Source of the DNA: an uncultured Gammaproteobacteria bacterium
Lineage (GTDB): Bacteria > Patescibacteriota > Microgenomatia > UBA10105 > UBA927
Assembly: GCA_964629685.1 (NCBI GenBank)
Contig: CAZVTT010000004.1
Location: forward strand, 76 to 64,075
DNA: 64,000 nucleotides
Direction of reading: 5' to 3'
The notes beneath the pieces are model-generated. The model did not search any database, had not been told where the DNA came from, and saw nothing but the letters and a program-made list of their open reading frames with translations. The translations under genes were made by a program, and so were the position numbers. Shown piece by piece: positions 32,264-40,821 of the stretch. Within the stretch, counting starts at the first letter, position 1; each line of letters opens with the position of its first letter.

Positions 32264-32973
32264 CGCTCATCGTGCAGTCGGGATTTGGTCTGTTTCAGTA
32301 CGAATGCTCCCAAAAAACTATGAACGTACTGACGTAGCCCCGTAATAAGTCCGTACTTAAATCTTCTGCCGGATACTTCCACACCGGGTTTTCCGAAAAA
32401 ACGGATAGGTGAAATTTTATTAATCCGAAAACCCAACTCTACATCTTCCTGTTCACCCCATTCGCGCTTAAATCCGCCGGATTTGCTATATATGGATTTT
32501 CTGATCGCAAAATTAGAACCGGTCAGCCAATATTGACCAAATAGTAGTCTGTATACATGCATAAAGAGGGGCTGTAATTGGGTAAAACCGTAGTTAACTA
32601 CCGGTGAACTGTCTGATACATAACATGTGCCGGAAATTACGCCAATATTTTCGTCCTCAAACAAATGGGCAATGGTTTGAATCCAGGTGGATGGGATTAT
32701 AGTATCGGCGTCCGTGGAACAAATAACATCTCCCTCTGCGGCCGCAAACCCGGTAGCCCTGGCTGCCCCTCTGCTCTTGTACGGTTCAGGAATAACCCGA
32801 ATTTGAAGTGCAGACATATATTCTTTTACAACCGCTGCCGTATTATCCGTACTGGCATTATCCACTACGATAATTTCATACGGTATAGAGGTCTTTTGTG
32901 CTGCCAGACTTGCCAAACATGCGCCTATCTGTTTTTCTTCATTGAAAGCCGGTATTACTACGGATAATTTCAC
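32260..32973 (-). CDS. Family 2 glycosyltransferase
   Basis: LSVVIPAFNEE...VVDNASTDNT, DAD motif (STDADT). Confidence 0.75.
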   Translation of the reverse strand: MKLSVVIPAFNEEKQIGACLASLAAQKTSIPYEIIVVDNASTDNTAAVVKEYMSALQIRVIPEPYKSRGAARATGFAAAEGDVICSTDADTIIPSTWIQTIAHLFEDENIGVISGTCYVSDSSPVVNYGFTQLQPLFMHVYRLLFGQYWLTGSNFAIRKSIYSKSGGFKREWGEQEDVELGFRINKISPIRFFGKPGVEVSGRRFKYGLITGLRQYVHSFLGAFVLKQTKSRLHDER

Positions 32974-33078
32974 GTATATAGGATAACAGAAGCCAAGACA
33001 TACACCAAGGCGGGATTAATAACCCATAGTAAATTGACTGTAAAGACATATTCTGATACCATAAGCCTTCCGATCATT

Positions 33079-33132
33079 GAGTAATGCACGGTACAGCGTG
33101 AAACTGTTTTCATGGTGTGTTGTGCATTACTC
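33079..33132. repeat. 11-bp perfect inverted repeat GAGTAATGCAC-N32-GTGCATTACTC just upstream of RBS of small ORF
   Basis: Seen directly; nested ACAG...CTGT + T4 inside loop. Confidence 0.6.
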
Positions 33133-33149
33133 GAGGAAAGGAATAGGGA

Positions 33150-33431
33150 ATGGGAACAGAAGAGGCATGGTTTATAGAACTCTCCCTCTATTGCGTCGTT
33201 TTAGTAATACCCATTCTTTCGCTTCTGGCCGTTGTATACGGATTCAGGGAAATCGCGGTGCGTCACAGATTATTTTATAAACTGGTTGGACTGCTCCTGG
33301 TATTGGTGGGCATTTTGGGTGCAATTGTTACGGTAACACACATACTTCCCGCCGCCGCCGAAGGGCTATCCAATATACAATCAAGTATCAGACCAGCACC
33401 GACACCGAACAACCCGTTCAACGGCGACTAA
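33150..33431 (+). CDS. Small membrane protein (93 aa), unknown
   Basis: Two to three hydrophobic helices; RBS AGGAAAGGAATAGGG; flanked by two long hairpins. Confidence 0.45.
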   Translation: MGTEEAWFIELSLYCVVLVIPILSLLAVVYGFREIAVRHRLFYKLVGLLLVLVGILGAIVTVTHILPAAAEGLSNIQSSIRPAPTPNNPFNGD

Positions 33432-33436
33432 CATTT

Positions 33437-33496
33437 GTCAGACAGTGATAGCACTTCGCTTAACACGCGAGTAATGCGCACCTATCACTGTCTGAC
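33437..33496. repeat. 15-bp perfect inverted repeat GTCAGACAGTGATAG-N30-CTATCACTGTCTGAC followed by T-rich tract (terminator-like / regulatory stem-loop)
   Basis: Seen directly. Loop contains GAGTAATGCGCAC, which resembles the arm of the upstream hairpin. Confidence 0.6.
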
Positions 33497-33526
33497 TTCT
33501 TATTTTGTACTGTTTGTTATTTCCGG

Positions 33527-33563
33527 TTGTCCACATTTTTTGAAAGTACTACAATCTGTAGTA
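33527..33563 (+). promoter_or_regulatory. blaI promoter (TTGTCC-17-TACAAT) with overlapping operator TACTACA-ATC-TGTAGTA (33547-33563); leaderless start
   Basis: Perfect 7-bp inverted repeat of the TACA/TGTA BlaI/MecI/CopY type; final A is the A of the ATG. Confidence 0.6.
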
Positions 33564-33934
33564 TGAAGATTAAACCATTGAGCGAACTTGAACAATCTGT
33601 TATGGAAATCGTCTGGAGTTTAGGTACGTGCACTGTCCGTGACGTCGTCGATAAGCTCACTGATTCCAAACCATTGGCATATACAACCATTGCTACCATA
33701 ATGAACCGACTAGTGGAAAAAGGAACCCTTCTGAAAAGTAGCGGGAGTATAAGTGCATATACTCCATGTATGTCCAAAGAAATGACAGGAAGAACGGTAG
33801 CCCAGTCATTTCTGAAAAATTTTTTCCGCTCGTACGGAGACTCTGCCGTCGTATCGTTTGCCGAATCAATAGACCAACTCCCGGCAGAAAAAAAGCAGCA
33901 CTTGTTAAACATACTCAAAGCACATGAAAAGTAA
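33563..33934 (+). CDS. BlaI/MecI-family transcriptional repressor
   Basis: wHTH with TVRDVVDKL...YTTIATIMNRLVEKG; no CxC metal motif (not CopY); start MKIKPL. Confidence 0.8.
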   Translation: MKIKPLSELEQSVMEIVWSLGTCTVRDVVDKLTDSKPLAYTTIATIMNRLVEKGTLLKSSGSISAYTPCMSKEMTGRTVAQSFLKNFFRSYGDSAVVSFAESIDQLPAEKKQHLLNILKAHEK

Positions 33935-34934
33935 TGCCGGCAAATATATTATCTGGTTGCTCCTTGCGTGCGGTGGATTTTCCTTCCTGCTGATATCTGC
34001 GTTACATAAATTCCGACCCTTTTTCTTTAAATCTACGGTTTATTACTGCCAGGAAATTCTCAGAACAATGAGTGTTCAGCTGATTCCGAATTATTGGAGT
34101 CAGGCTCTGGTGTTTATTTCGCTACTATTTATCGGCTATATCGTAGTCAGGATGACAGTATTTTTAGCACAGTTTGTGATTCAAATCATATCTCTGCGAA
34201 AAAGAAGTATACCCGTTCCCCCAAAACTGAAACCGATACTGTCGCAACACCATTTAACAGCATATACGCAGGTATACCGGACGTCCAAACCCCTGGCGTT
34301 TTGTTTCGGTACTACAAACGCAAAAATATATATATCTACCGGATTAATATCGCTGCTTACCGGTAAGGAATTAGAAGCGGTACTGTTACATGAAAAATAT
34401 CATCTGGATCACCATGACACGTTTTTTTCCATCCTTACGACTGTACTCGAACATTGTTTTCCTTTTTTTCCGTTGGTGGGGGATATAGCTCACCGATATT
34501 ACATTGCGCGCGAAGTATTAGCGGATGCGTCGGTACTTTCCCAATGTAAACGAGGTAAACAAAGAATCCTTTCCGTCCTAAGAAAACTACTGGAAGTAGA
34601 ACCGAATCACATGTCAACATTATTTCCGGCCGTTGGTTCTGCAGATACGCTGGAGACCAGAATTGCAGTCTTAATGGACACTACTCCTCCGTCCCGGAGA
34701 TTTTCGCTAAATAGCATACTATTAAGCGGTATATCCGCGTTGGTATTACTGGTATTAAATTTATCTCCGGTACAGGCAATCGAAATGTCTGACAAGGGCT
34801 CAGGTTCGGTTATGATGTGCTTCAGTGCCGGGGAATGTACAACGTGGTGCAAAGAAACATCAGCACATCTTCCTGTTCCGGAAGAGAATACATCCAAACC
34901 ACAGTTTTCGGCTGAACTTTTTTCAAAAAACTAA
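33924..34934 (+). CDS. BlaR1-like M56 zinc metalloprotease signal transducer with short Cys-rich C-terminal tail (no penicillin-binding domain)
   Basis: HEKYH HExxH motif in LLHEKYHLDHHD, 4+ TM segments, tail MMCFSAGECTTWC; start overlaps blaI stop by 11 nt. Confidence 0.75.
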   Translation: MKSNAGKYIIWLLLACGGFSFLLISALHKFRPFFFKSTVYYCQEILRTMSVQLIPNYWSQALVFISLLFIGYIVVRMTVFLAQFVIQIISLRKRSIPVPPKLKPILSQHHLTAYTQVYRTSKPLAFCFGTTNAKIYISTGLISLLTGKELEAVLLHEKYHLDHHDTFFSILTTVLEHCFPFFPLVGDIAHRYYIAREVLADASVLSQCKRGKQRILSVLRKLLEVEPNHMSTLFPAVGSADTLETRIAVLMDTTPPSRRFSLNSILLSGISALVLLVLNLSPVQAIEMSDKGSGSVMMCFSAGECTTWCKETSAHLPVPEENTSKPQFSAELFSKN

Positions 34935-34941
34935 CTCGCAC

Positions 34942-34979
34942 TTGACAGAAGCCGGTCGCGATTACTACAGTATGTAGTA
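34942..34979 (+). promoter_or_regulatory. Promoter TTGACA-18-TACAGT with second BlaI-type operator TACTACA-GTA-TGTAGTA (34963-34979)
   Basis: Same half-sites as blaI operator, overlapping -10, 31 nt upstream of the dsbA-like ATG. Confidence 0.6.
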
Positions 34980-35009
34980 GTATTCGTCATTAATAAAGGA
35001 AATAATTTT

Positions 35010-35756
35010 ATGCCTGAAACACATGGAAAATTTTCATTCGGAAACGGAGTACATCCGCTTCTCGTTTTAGTATTAATCGGCATGTCATTTGCCATCGGTT
35101 CACTTTGGAGCAAGGTACAGTATTTGGAGAAAGGCGGATCGGTCGCAGCAGCGCCTGTTGCCGCTGACCCGAATGCTGCGCCGGCACAACCTCAGGCAGC
35201 ACTAAAAAAACCTGAAGTTACCGCAGCTGATCACTTCCGCGGTAATAAAAACGCCAAGGTAACCTTAGTAGAGTATTCGGATTACGAATGTCCGTTTTGT
35301 AAACAATTTCATCCGACCATGCAGCAAGTCATGAAAGAATACGGCGATCAAGTGAAATGGGTGCTGCGTGATTATCCGCTTTCATTCCATGCCAACGCAC
35401 AAAAAGCTGCTGAAGCGGCAGAATGTGTGGCAAAAAACGGCGGTGAAGATGCATTTTGGAAATTTACCGATCTTTATATAGAAAGAACCACTGCAAATGG
35501 CACTGGATTTCCACTGGATAAACTGGCTGATCTGGGTGCCGAAGCCGGGGCAAACAAGGCGTCCGTACAGAAATGTTTAGATAGCGGAGAAATGACGCAG
35601 AAAGTGAAAGACGAGATGGCGGCCGGAACCAGCGAAGGAGTGCAGGGTACACCCGGAACCATTATCATCGACAGCAAAGGCGGTACGCAATTAATACCGG
35701 GGGCCCTTCCCTTTGAACAAGTGAAACCAATGATCGATGCAGCCTTAAAAGTGTAG
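35010..35756 (+). CDS. DsbA-like thiol:disulfide oxidoreductase, membrane-anchored
   Basis: N-terminal TM, thioredoxin fold with CPFC active site (YECPFCKQF). Confidence 0.75.
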   Translation: MPETHGKFSFGNGVHPLLVLVLIGMSFAIGSLWSKVQYLEKGGSVAAAPVAADPNAAPAQPQAALKKPEVTAADHFRGNKNAKVTLVEYSDYECPFCKQFHPTMQQVMKEYGDQVKWVLRDYPLSFHANAQKAAEAAECVAKNGGEDAFWKFTDLYIERTTANGTGFPLDKLADLGAEAGANKASVQKCLDSGEMTQKVKDEMAAGTSEGVQGTPGTIIIDSKGGTQLIPGALPFEQVKPMIDAALKV

Positions 35757-35758
35757 TC

Positions 35759-36796
35759 ATGAACATTTCCGCAATTTTCCTGACCGGTCTTTTCGCTGGA
35801 GGACTTACATGCCTAGCAGTGCAGGGCGGATTGCTGGCAACGTCTATTGCGCAACAAAAAAACGCAGAACTAACAGAAACCGCAGATAAGACAGGGCACA
35901 TTGTCCCTGTCTTATCTTTTCTGTTTATGCGGCTGGTAGCCTATACATTGCTGGGTATTCTGCTTGGCATGGTAGGTTCATACGTCCAATTATCCGTCAC
36001 GACCAGCATGGTGCTGCAGTTGGCGGTAGCACTATTTATGCTGGGAACAGCATTAAATTTATTGCAGGTTCATCCCATCTTCCGCTATTTTGTCATATCT
36101 CCTCCAAGATTTCTCACAAAACTTGTCCGGAATCAGTCAAAAAGCCAGTCGGTATTTGGCCCGGCGCTTCTGGGATTTTTTACGGTATTTATTCCCTGCG
36201 GAGCTACCCAGGCCATGATGGCGTACGCAATATCGACAGGATCACCATTTTCCGGAGCACTTACGATGTTTACCTTTATACTGGGAACCTCTCCACTATT
36301 TTTTCTTTTAGGTTATGCAGCTAAGCGCCTCGGTCAGACGTTTAGCGGAATATTTAATCAGGTAGCAGCGGCGGCTATAATTCTGGTCGCGCTTTATAAC
36401 TTAAATGGCGCAATTGCTCTTACTGGTACCGCATATACGTTTCAGGGAATACTTTCTGCCGTAACTTGCACCATCAGCTTTTGTGATACAAACACAGTTA
36501 CCTCCCCGCAAACCGCCACCATCGTAAACGAAGCCACAATTATATTTCATAAAAGCGGATATGAACTTGAACCGAAAAATATTGCGGTAAAAGCAGGAAC
36601 AGACGTTAAAATTAAGCTGATAAATGAGGATGGCGACGGCTGCATCCAAGCATTTACCATCCCAAAACTTAACATCCAGCGAATCGTGAGGATAGGCGCC
36701 ACCGATGAAGTAAACATTACCGTTCCCGAAAAAACCGAACAATTGGCGTTTACCTGCAGTATGGGCATGTACCGAGGCTTCATCCCGGTTCTATAG
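35759..36796 (+). CDS. DsbD_2-like polytopic membrane protein fused to C-terminal cupredoxin-like domain
   Basis: 6 TM helices, with Cys in TM1 (GGLTC) and TM4 (FIPCG). C-terminal ~110 aa beta-rich domain ends FTCSMGMYRGFIPVL. Cys occupies the usual His ligand positions of cupredoxin_1. Confidence 0.45.
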   Translation: MNISAIFLTGLFAGGLTCLAVQGGLLATSIAQQKNAELTETADKTGHIVPVLSFLFMRLVAYTLLGILLGMVGSYVQLSVTTSMVLQLAVALFMLGTALNLLQVHPIFRYFVISPPRFLTKLVRNQSKSQSVFGPALLGFFTVFIPCGATQAMMAYAISTGSPFSGALTMFTFILGTSPLFFLLGYAAKRLGQTFSGIFNQVAAAAIILVALYNLNGAIALTGTAYTFQGILSAVTCTISFCDTNTVTSPQTATIVNEATIIFHKSGYELEPKNIAVKAGTDVKIKLINEDGDGCIQAFTIPKLNIQRIVRIGATDEVNITVPEKTEQLAFTCSMGMYRGFIPVL

Positions 36797-36805
36797 CAAC
36801 ATCTT

Positions 36806-37336
36806 TTAGGTTTCGTTTACCACGTGGGAAGATACGGTTACTATGTTGGATTGCTCCAAAATTAAATTCGTATACAGTATTCCGCCCGCACCGTAAACCA
36901 CGTGCTTAAAATAATACCGGGAAGCAGGAAATATATTTTCCATTCTGGATAAGTTTGCCAGCGGAATCCATGCGGAAATACCTTCACTTGTCGTTGGCAA
37001 TTTATCAGGTCGCTCGGAAATGACCGCCCTAAATATATACAGAACATAGAGCTCGTTTCTATCCCTATGTCTGTGAAAGGCAACTGATTTCAGTTGGAGC
37101 TGTTTAGGTGTAACGGTAATACCCGTTTCTTCCTTCACTTCCCGTACGGCAGTTGTGAGCGCATCCTCTTCCGCGTCTATGTGTCCACCCGGACCAATCC
37201 AGTAACCGGGAAATGTTTTTTTAGTTTCGCTCCGTTTATGGAGCAACACACAATCTTCATGAAGAATGTAGACTTCCGAACCTAAAATAACCGTTCCGGT
37301 ATCCTGTAAATATGAAGCTTTACCGTCGCTACTCAT
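36806..37336 (-). CDS. NUDIX hydrolase
   Basis: Nudix box GPGGHIDAEEDALTTAVREVKEETGI. Confidence 0.7.
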   Translation of the reverse strand: MSSDGKASYLQDTGTVILGSEVYILHEDCVLLHKRSETKKTFPGYWIGPGGHIDAEEDALTTAVREVKEETGITVTPKQLQLKSVAFHRHRDRNELYVLYIFRAVISERPDKLPTTSEGISAWIPLANLSRMENIFPASRYYFKHVVYGAGGILYTNLILEQSNIVTVSSHVVNET

Positions 37337-37375
37337 ACATGCTTTTTACAACGTTCGAATACGGTATCCCTGCGA

Positions 37376-37852
37376 TTATTGCACCTGAAGAACCGTATAT
37401 TTCACCAATCCGGCTGGTATCCGGACTTCTATAACATCACCACTTCGTTTTCCCAGTAGGGCCCGACCGATAGGGGATATATAGGAAATAGTTCCCTGTG
37501 CCGGATTTGATTCATATCCACCCGCTACGGTATAACGAAATTCCTGTTTGCCGTCTGTCATCACAACAGAGCTTCCTATTTCCACTACGCCTTTATGAAC
37601 CGTCTCGACAATAACTCCGAGCCTGATAAGCCTGTCTACTCTTCTAATTTGTGCATCCAAAAAAGATAACCTGGCGCGGGAGGCTTTATAGTATCCGTTT
37701 TCAGAGAGATCACCCATTTCCCGGGATTTGCGGAGATGTTCTACTGCTTCGGGACGGGATGCCATCAACTCCTGCTTCTCTTGCAGAACTTTAGCATACC
37801 CTTCTTTCGTAAACGGTATCCTGGCTTCTTTGGGGCGTTGTATTTGCTTCAT
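37376..37852 (-). CDS. greA: Transcription elongation factor GreA
   Basis: Coiled-coil N-domain + FKBP-like C-domain, MGDLSENGYY motif. Confidence 0.85.
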   Translation of the reverse strand: MKQIQRPKEARIPFTKEGYAKVLQEKQELMASRPEAVEHLRKSREMGDLSENGYYKASRARLSFLDAQIRRVDRLIRLGVIVETVHKGVVEIGSSVVMTDGKQEFRYTVAGGYESNPAQGTISYISPIGRALLGKRSGDVIEVRIPAGLVKYTVLQVQ

Positions 37853-37921
37853 ATACGAATATCCCTTACGTTTGTCATCCTAACAGGATAAAGCACTGGG
37901 TGCAATGTACCCAAACTTATC

Positions 37922-37930
37922 TGCTATAAT
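37922..37930 (+). promoter_or_regulatory. Extended -10 promoter TGcTATAAT 7 nt before ATG of first acyltransferase paralog (leaderless)
   Basis: TGCTATAAT at 37922-37930, ATG at 37938. Confidence 0.45.
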
Positions 37931-37937
37931 CCGCACT

Positions 37938-38768
37938 ATGAGCTGGAGAACACCGGAAACGGGAATTAAACCCACCCTAAAAAGTCGCGCCGCTGAATTT
38001 ATTTATCATCACCTAAATGATAAATATGAACTGAAAATTTCTGATCGCAGTGCACACAACATGTCGGAAGCAAACAAGATACTTTCCGATAGTGCTCTCG
38101 TTGTTTATATAAATCATATTTTTTCCCGGGATGCCAAAATCATGATTCCATTAGTTTTAACACTACCGAACGTGCGGAGTGTAATGGGACCGGTAGGAAT
38201 GAAGCACTACGATTTTTCCCGGGATCCGGTAAATGCCGTTTTTTTCCGCTCCTTACGAGTATTCGGTATTCATGCAGCTCCTGTTGTACAAAACAGTGAT
38301 GTATACCAATATGGACAGGAACAGAAACAGGGTATGATTATTAATCTGAAACAGTACACTTCCGATTTGTTGAACAGAGCCGGAACACTCTATGGAATAG
38401 CACCTGAAGGCACCAGAAATCCCAGTGGACAGTTACAACGGGCAAATCGGGGAATTGGTTATCTCGAATCGTATGTGCAACCGGACCAGCATCTTCACTA
38501 TTTACCGGTCGGTCTGGTATATCCTGAACATGATACAAATCCGCGGATAATCGTATCAGAACCGTTTACTTTATCGGATATTTTACCTGCGGAGGTTAAC
38601 TTCGCATCCGATCCGAAAGAGCATGCACAACAGATTTCTGATGTATTAATGACTGTGTTAGCCCGTAGTCTTCCTGAACACATGAGAGGTGTATACGGAA
38701 ATCCCGAAACGATATTAGATCCCTTAGGAATCAGGGAAAACCAACTCCACTATCCGTTACACGAATAA
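37938..38768 (+). CDS. PlsC-like lysophospholipid acyltransferase family protein (paralog 1)
   Basis: HX4D (NHIFSRD) and APEGTRNPSG motifs; start moved from 37905 to 37938. Confidence 0.55.
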   Translation: MSWRTPETGIKPTLKSRAAEFIYHHLNDKYELKISDRSAHNMSEANKILSDSALVVYINHIFSRDAKIMIPLVLTLPNVRSVMGPVGMKHYDFSRDPVNAVFFRSLRVFGIHAAPVVQNSDVYQYGQEQKQGMIINLKQYTSDLLNRAGTLYGIAPEGTRNPSGQLQRANRGIGYLESYVQPDQHLHYLPVGLVYPEHDTNPRIIVSEPFTLSDILPAEVNFASDPKEHAQQISDVLMTVLARSLPEHMRGVYGNPETILDPLGIRENQLHYPLHE

Positions 38769-38807
38769 AACGATTTTCTTACTCCGACAGGAAAAAATAC
38801 GAATATT

Positions 38808-38816
38808 TGCTATAAT
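38808..38816 (+). promoter_or_regulatory. Extended -10 promoter TGcTATAAT 8 nt before ATG of second acyltransferase paralog (leaderless)
   Basis: TGCTATAAT at 38808-38816, ATG at 38825. Confidence 0.45.
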
Positions 38817-38824
38817 GCGACCTT

Positions 38825-39703
38825 ATGACTTGGAATTCACGAGAAAACGAACGCGCCAGACGTACGGTTAAAAGCCGAATAGCGGAGAAAGCCTTCAACG
38901 TCATTAACCGCGCCTATAAATTAGAAATATATCCGGAGCATTCTGCTAACCTTCAGGAAGCTGACCGACGGCTTAGACATAATCCAGTTGTTATTTATAG
39001 CAATCACGTACGAAGCGGAGATTTAAAATTGATGACGCCTATCCTGCTCAGTATGCAAAACGCACAACGGATTGCCGGACCGGCAGGCATGAAACATTGG
39101 GATCTTCACCGCGATGCAATTAACGGTACATTATTGCGTTCACTCAGGTTAGTCGGCATTCGATCAATACCAGTAGTTCAACCGGACGACCCGTATCCCT
39201 ATGAGGATAAGCTTAAAACACACCTTTTACTGAATTTTACCCGCAGAACCGCGTCGTTGTTAAATCAACCGGGTACCCTGTACGGAATAGCGCCTGAAGG
39301 TACCAGAAATCCTGCAGGGATTATTCAACGGGTTTCTCCGGGGATAGGTATGTTCGAATCTTTCATGAAAGCACCCGATATGCAGATAACGTATCAACCT
39401 ATCGGTTTCGTATACCGGGAACAAGATCCCGAAGAACCCAGGATAGTTATCGCACCACCATTTACGCTTTCCGAATTACTCCCCGAATCGAACCTAACGT
39501 TGCTTCACGGATTAAAACGGCAACAGCGGGCACAGATCACCGCAGATCTGCTGATGACAGTACTCGCGGAACAATTACCCGATCATATGCGTGGGGTGTA
39601 TGGGGATCCGGAAGAAATGCTTAAACCTATTGGTATGACTCAGCCTTTGCTTGATGCTGCCATTTTTGAGCTCCCCAGCAGCCAAGAGGTATTCGCTTCG
39701 TAA
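38825..39703 (+). CDS. PlsC-like lysophospholipid acyltransferase family protein (paralog 2)
   Basis: HX4D (NHVRSGD) and APEGTRNPAG; collinear similarity to preceding gene over whole length. Confidence 0.55.
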   Translation: MTWNSRENERARRTVKSRIAEKAFNVINRAYKLEIYPEHSANLQEADRRLRHNPVVIYSNHVRSGDLKLMTPILLSMQNAQRIAGPAGMKHWDLHRDAINGTLLRSLRLVGIRSIPVVQPDDPYPYEDKLKTHLLLNFTRRTASLLNQPGTLYGIAPEGTRNPAGIIQRVSPGIGMFESFMKAPDMQITYQPIGFVYREQDPEEPRIVIAPPFTLSELLPESNLTLLHGLKRQQRAQITADLLMTVLAEQLPDHMRGVYGDPEEMLKPIGMTQPLLDAAIFELPSSQEVFAS

Positions 39704-39743
39704 TTAGGGTAACGGACTGAAATACTGTACAATATAAATAGGT

Positions 39744-40142
39744 ATGGCCGATTCCCTGGAAGCCTTCCTGTCCTGCTTGCCGGATAACACGCAAGAAATT
39801 ACCCGGTATCTCCGTGTTTTGGTAAAAAAAATCATGCCGCAGGCACACGAATTCATATACGGAGAAGCCATCAATTACTCACTAACCGAATCTGCGTTTG
39901 ACCGGATATGTCAGATATCACCGCAAAGCGAATCCGTTATGGTTAAATTTTTTTTCGGAAGTAGCCTATTTGATCCGAAACACGTATTAAAAGGAAATGG
40001 CACCCGCATGAGGCACATACGGATACGTACAATCCGTGAGGCCTCGGCTACCGAACTGGCTCAGCTTCTAAAAGATTCCTGGAGGGATGCCCCGCATAAT
40101 ACCGACCAACTTCACGCCAGAAGACGGAAGCATACCCCCTAA
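39744..40142 (+). CDS. Hypothetical protein (DUF1801/YdhG-like?)
   Basis: 132-aa ORF, weak resemblance only. Confidence 0.35.
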   Translation: MADSLEAFLSCLPDNTQEITRYLRVLVKKIMPQAHEFIYGEAINYSLTESAFDRICQISPQSESVMVKFFFGSSLFDPKHVLKGNGTRMRHIRIRTIREASATELAQLLKDSWRDAPHNTDQLHARRRKHTP

Positions 40143-40145
40143 CAT

Positions 40146-40799
40146 ATGCAGAACTTCCTTACAAAGCTGCATGCGCTGCTGAATAATAGACACCTGCAAA
40201 TAGCATCAAACTATCACCAGGAAATTCACATTGGTCGATCGTATGGCAATCAAACCCTCTTTACCGGAACTACGTCACAAAGTGGAGGAGAATATTTACC
40301 GATGTGGAAAGCCGCAGTAAACGCTGTAAAACTATCACTTCCAAACGCCAAATCATTCCTCGTATTGGGAGTGGCTGGAGGAACCGTTATAACCGCTCTC
40401 AGGGAGGCATATCCGGATTCCGTTATAACCGGAATTGAAATAGATCCGCAAATGATAGCTACCGGCAACTCCGTGTTCGGTCTTAAATCGATAACCCGGT
40501 TTTCCCTAATTAACGCTGACGCCTTTGTCTGGCTTAAACGGATCAGGACGACATACGATGTCATCATTACGGATCTCTATATAAATGATCAGAACCCAAT
40601 GGAAGCACATTCAACAAATTTTCTGGTAACGTTAAAACAACACTTGAAGCAAAAAGGCATAATTGTGTTTAACCGTGACTACAGTGTAAAAAGCATACAA
40701 TCGTTTACTGATTTTGAAAAACTCTGTAACGAACATTTCTCCGCAGTTTCAGTAATTTTTAGTTTTCCCAAAAATAGAATTCTGTTACTGGAAAAGTAG
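40146..40799 (+). CDS. Class I SAM-dependent methyltransferase, spermidine-synthase-like fold
   Basis: LVLGVAGGTVITAL...GIEIDP...DVIITDLY motifs. Confidence 0.55.
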   Translation: MQNFLTKLHALLNNRHLQIASNYHQEIHIGRSYGNQTLFTGTTSQSGGEYLPMWKAAVNAVKLSLPNAKSFLVLGVAGGTVITALREAYPDSVITGIEIDPQMIATGNSVFGLKSITRFSLINADAFVWLKRIRTTYDVIITDLYINDQNPMEAHSTNFLVTLKQHLKQKGIIVFNRDYSVKSIQSFTDFEKLCNEHFSAVSVIFSFPKNRILLLEK

Positions 40800-40821
40800 C
40801 AATATTATTCGTTGACACGTT

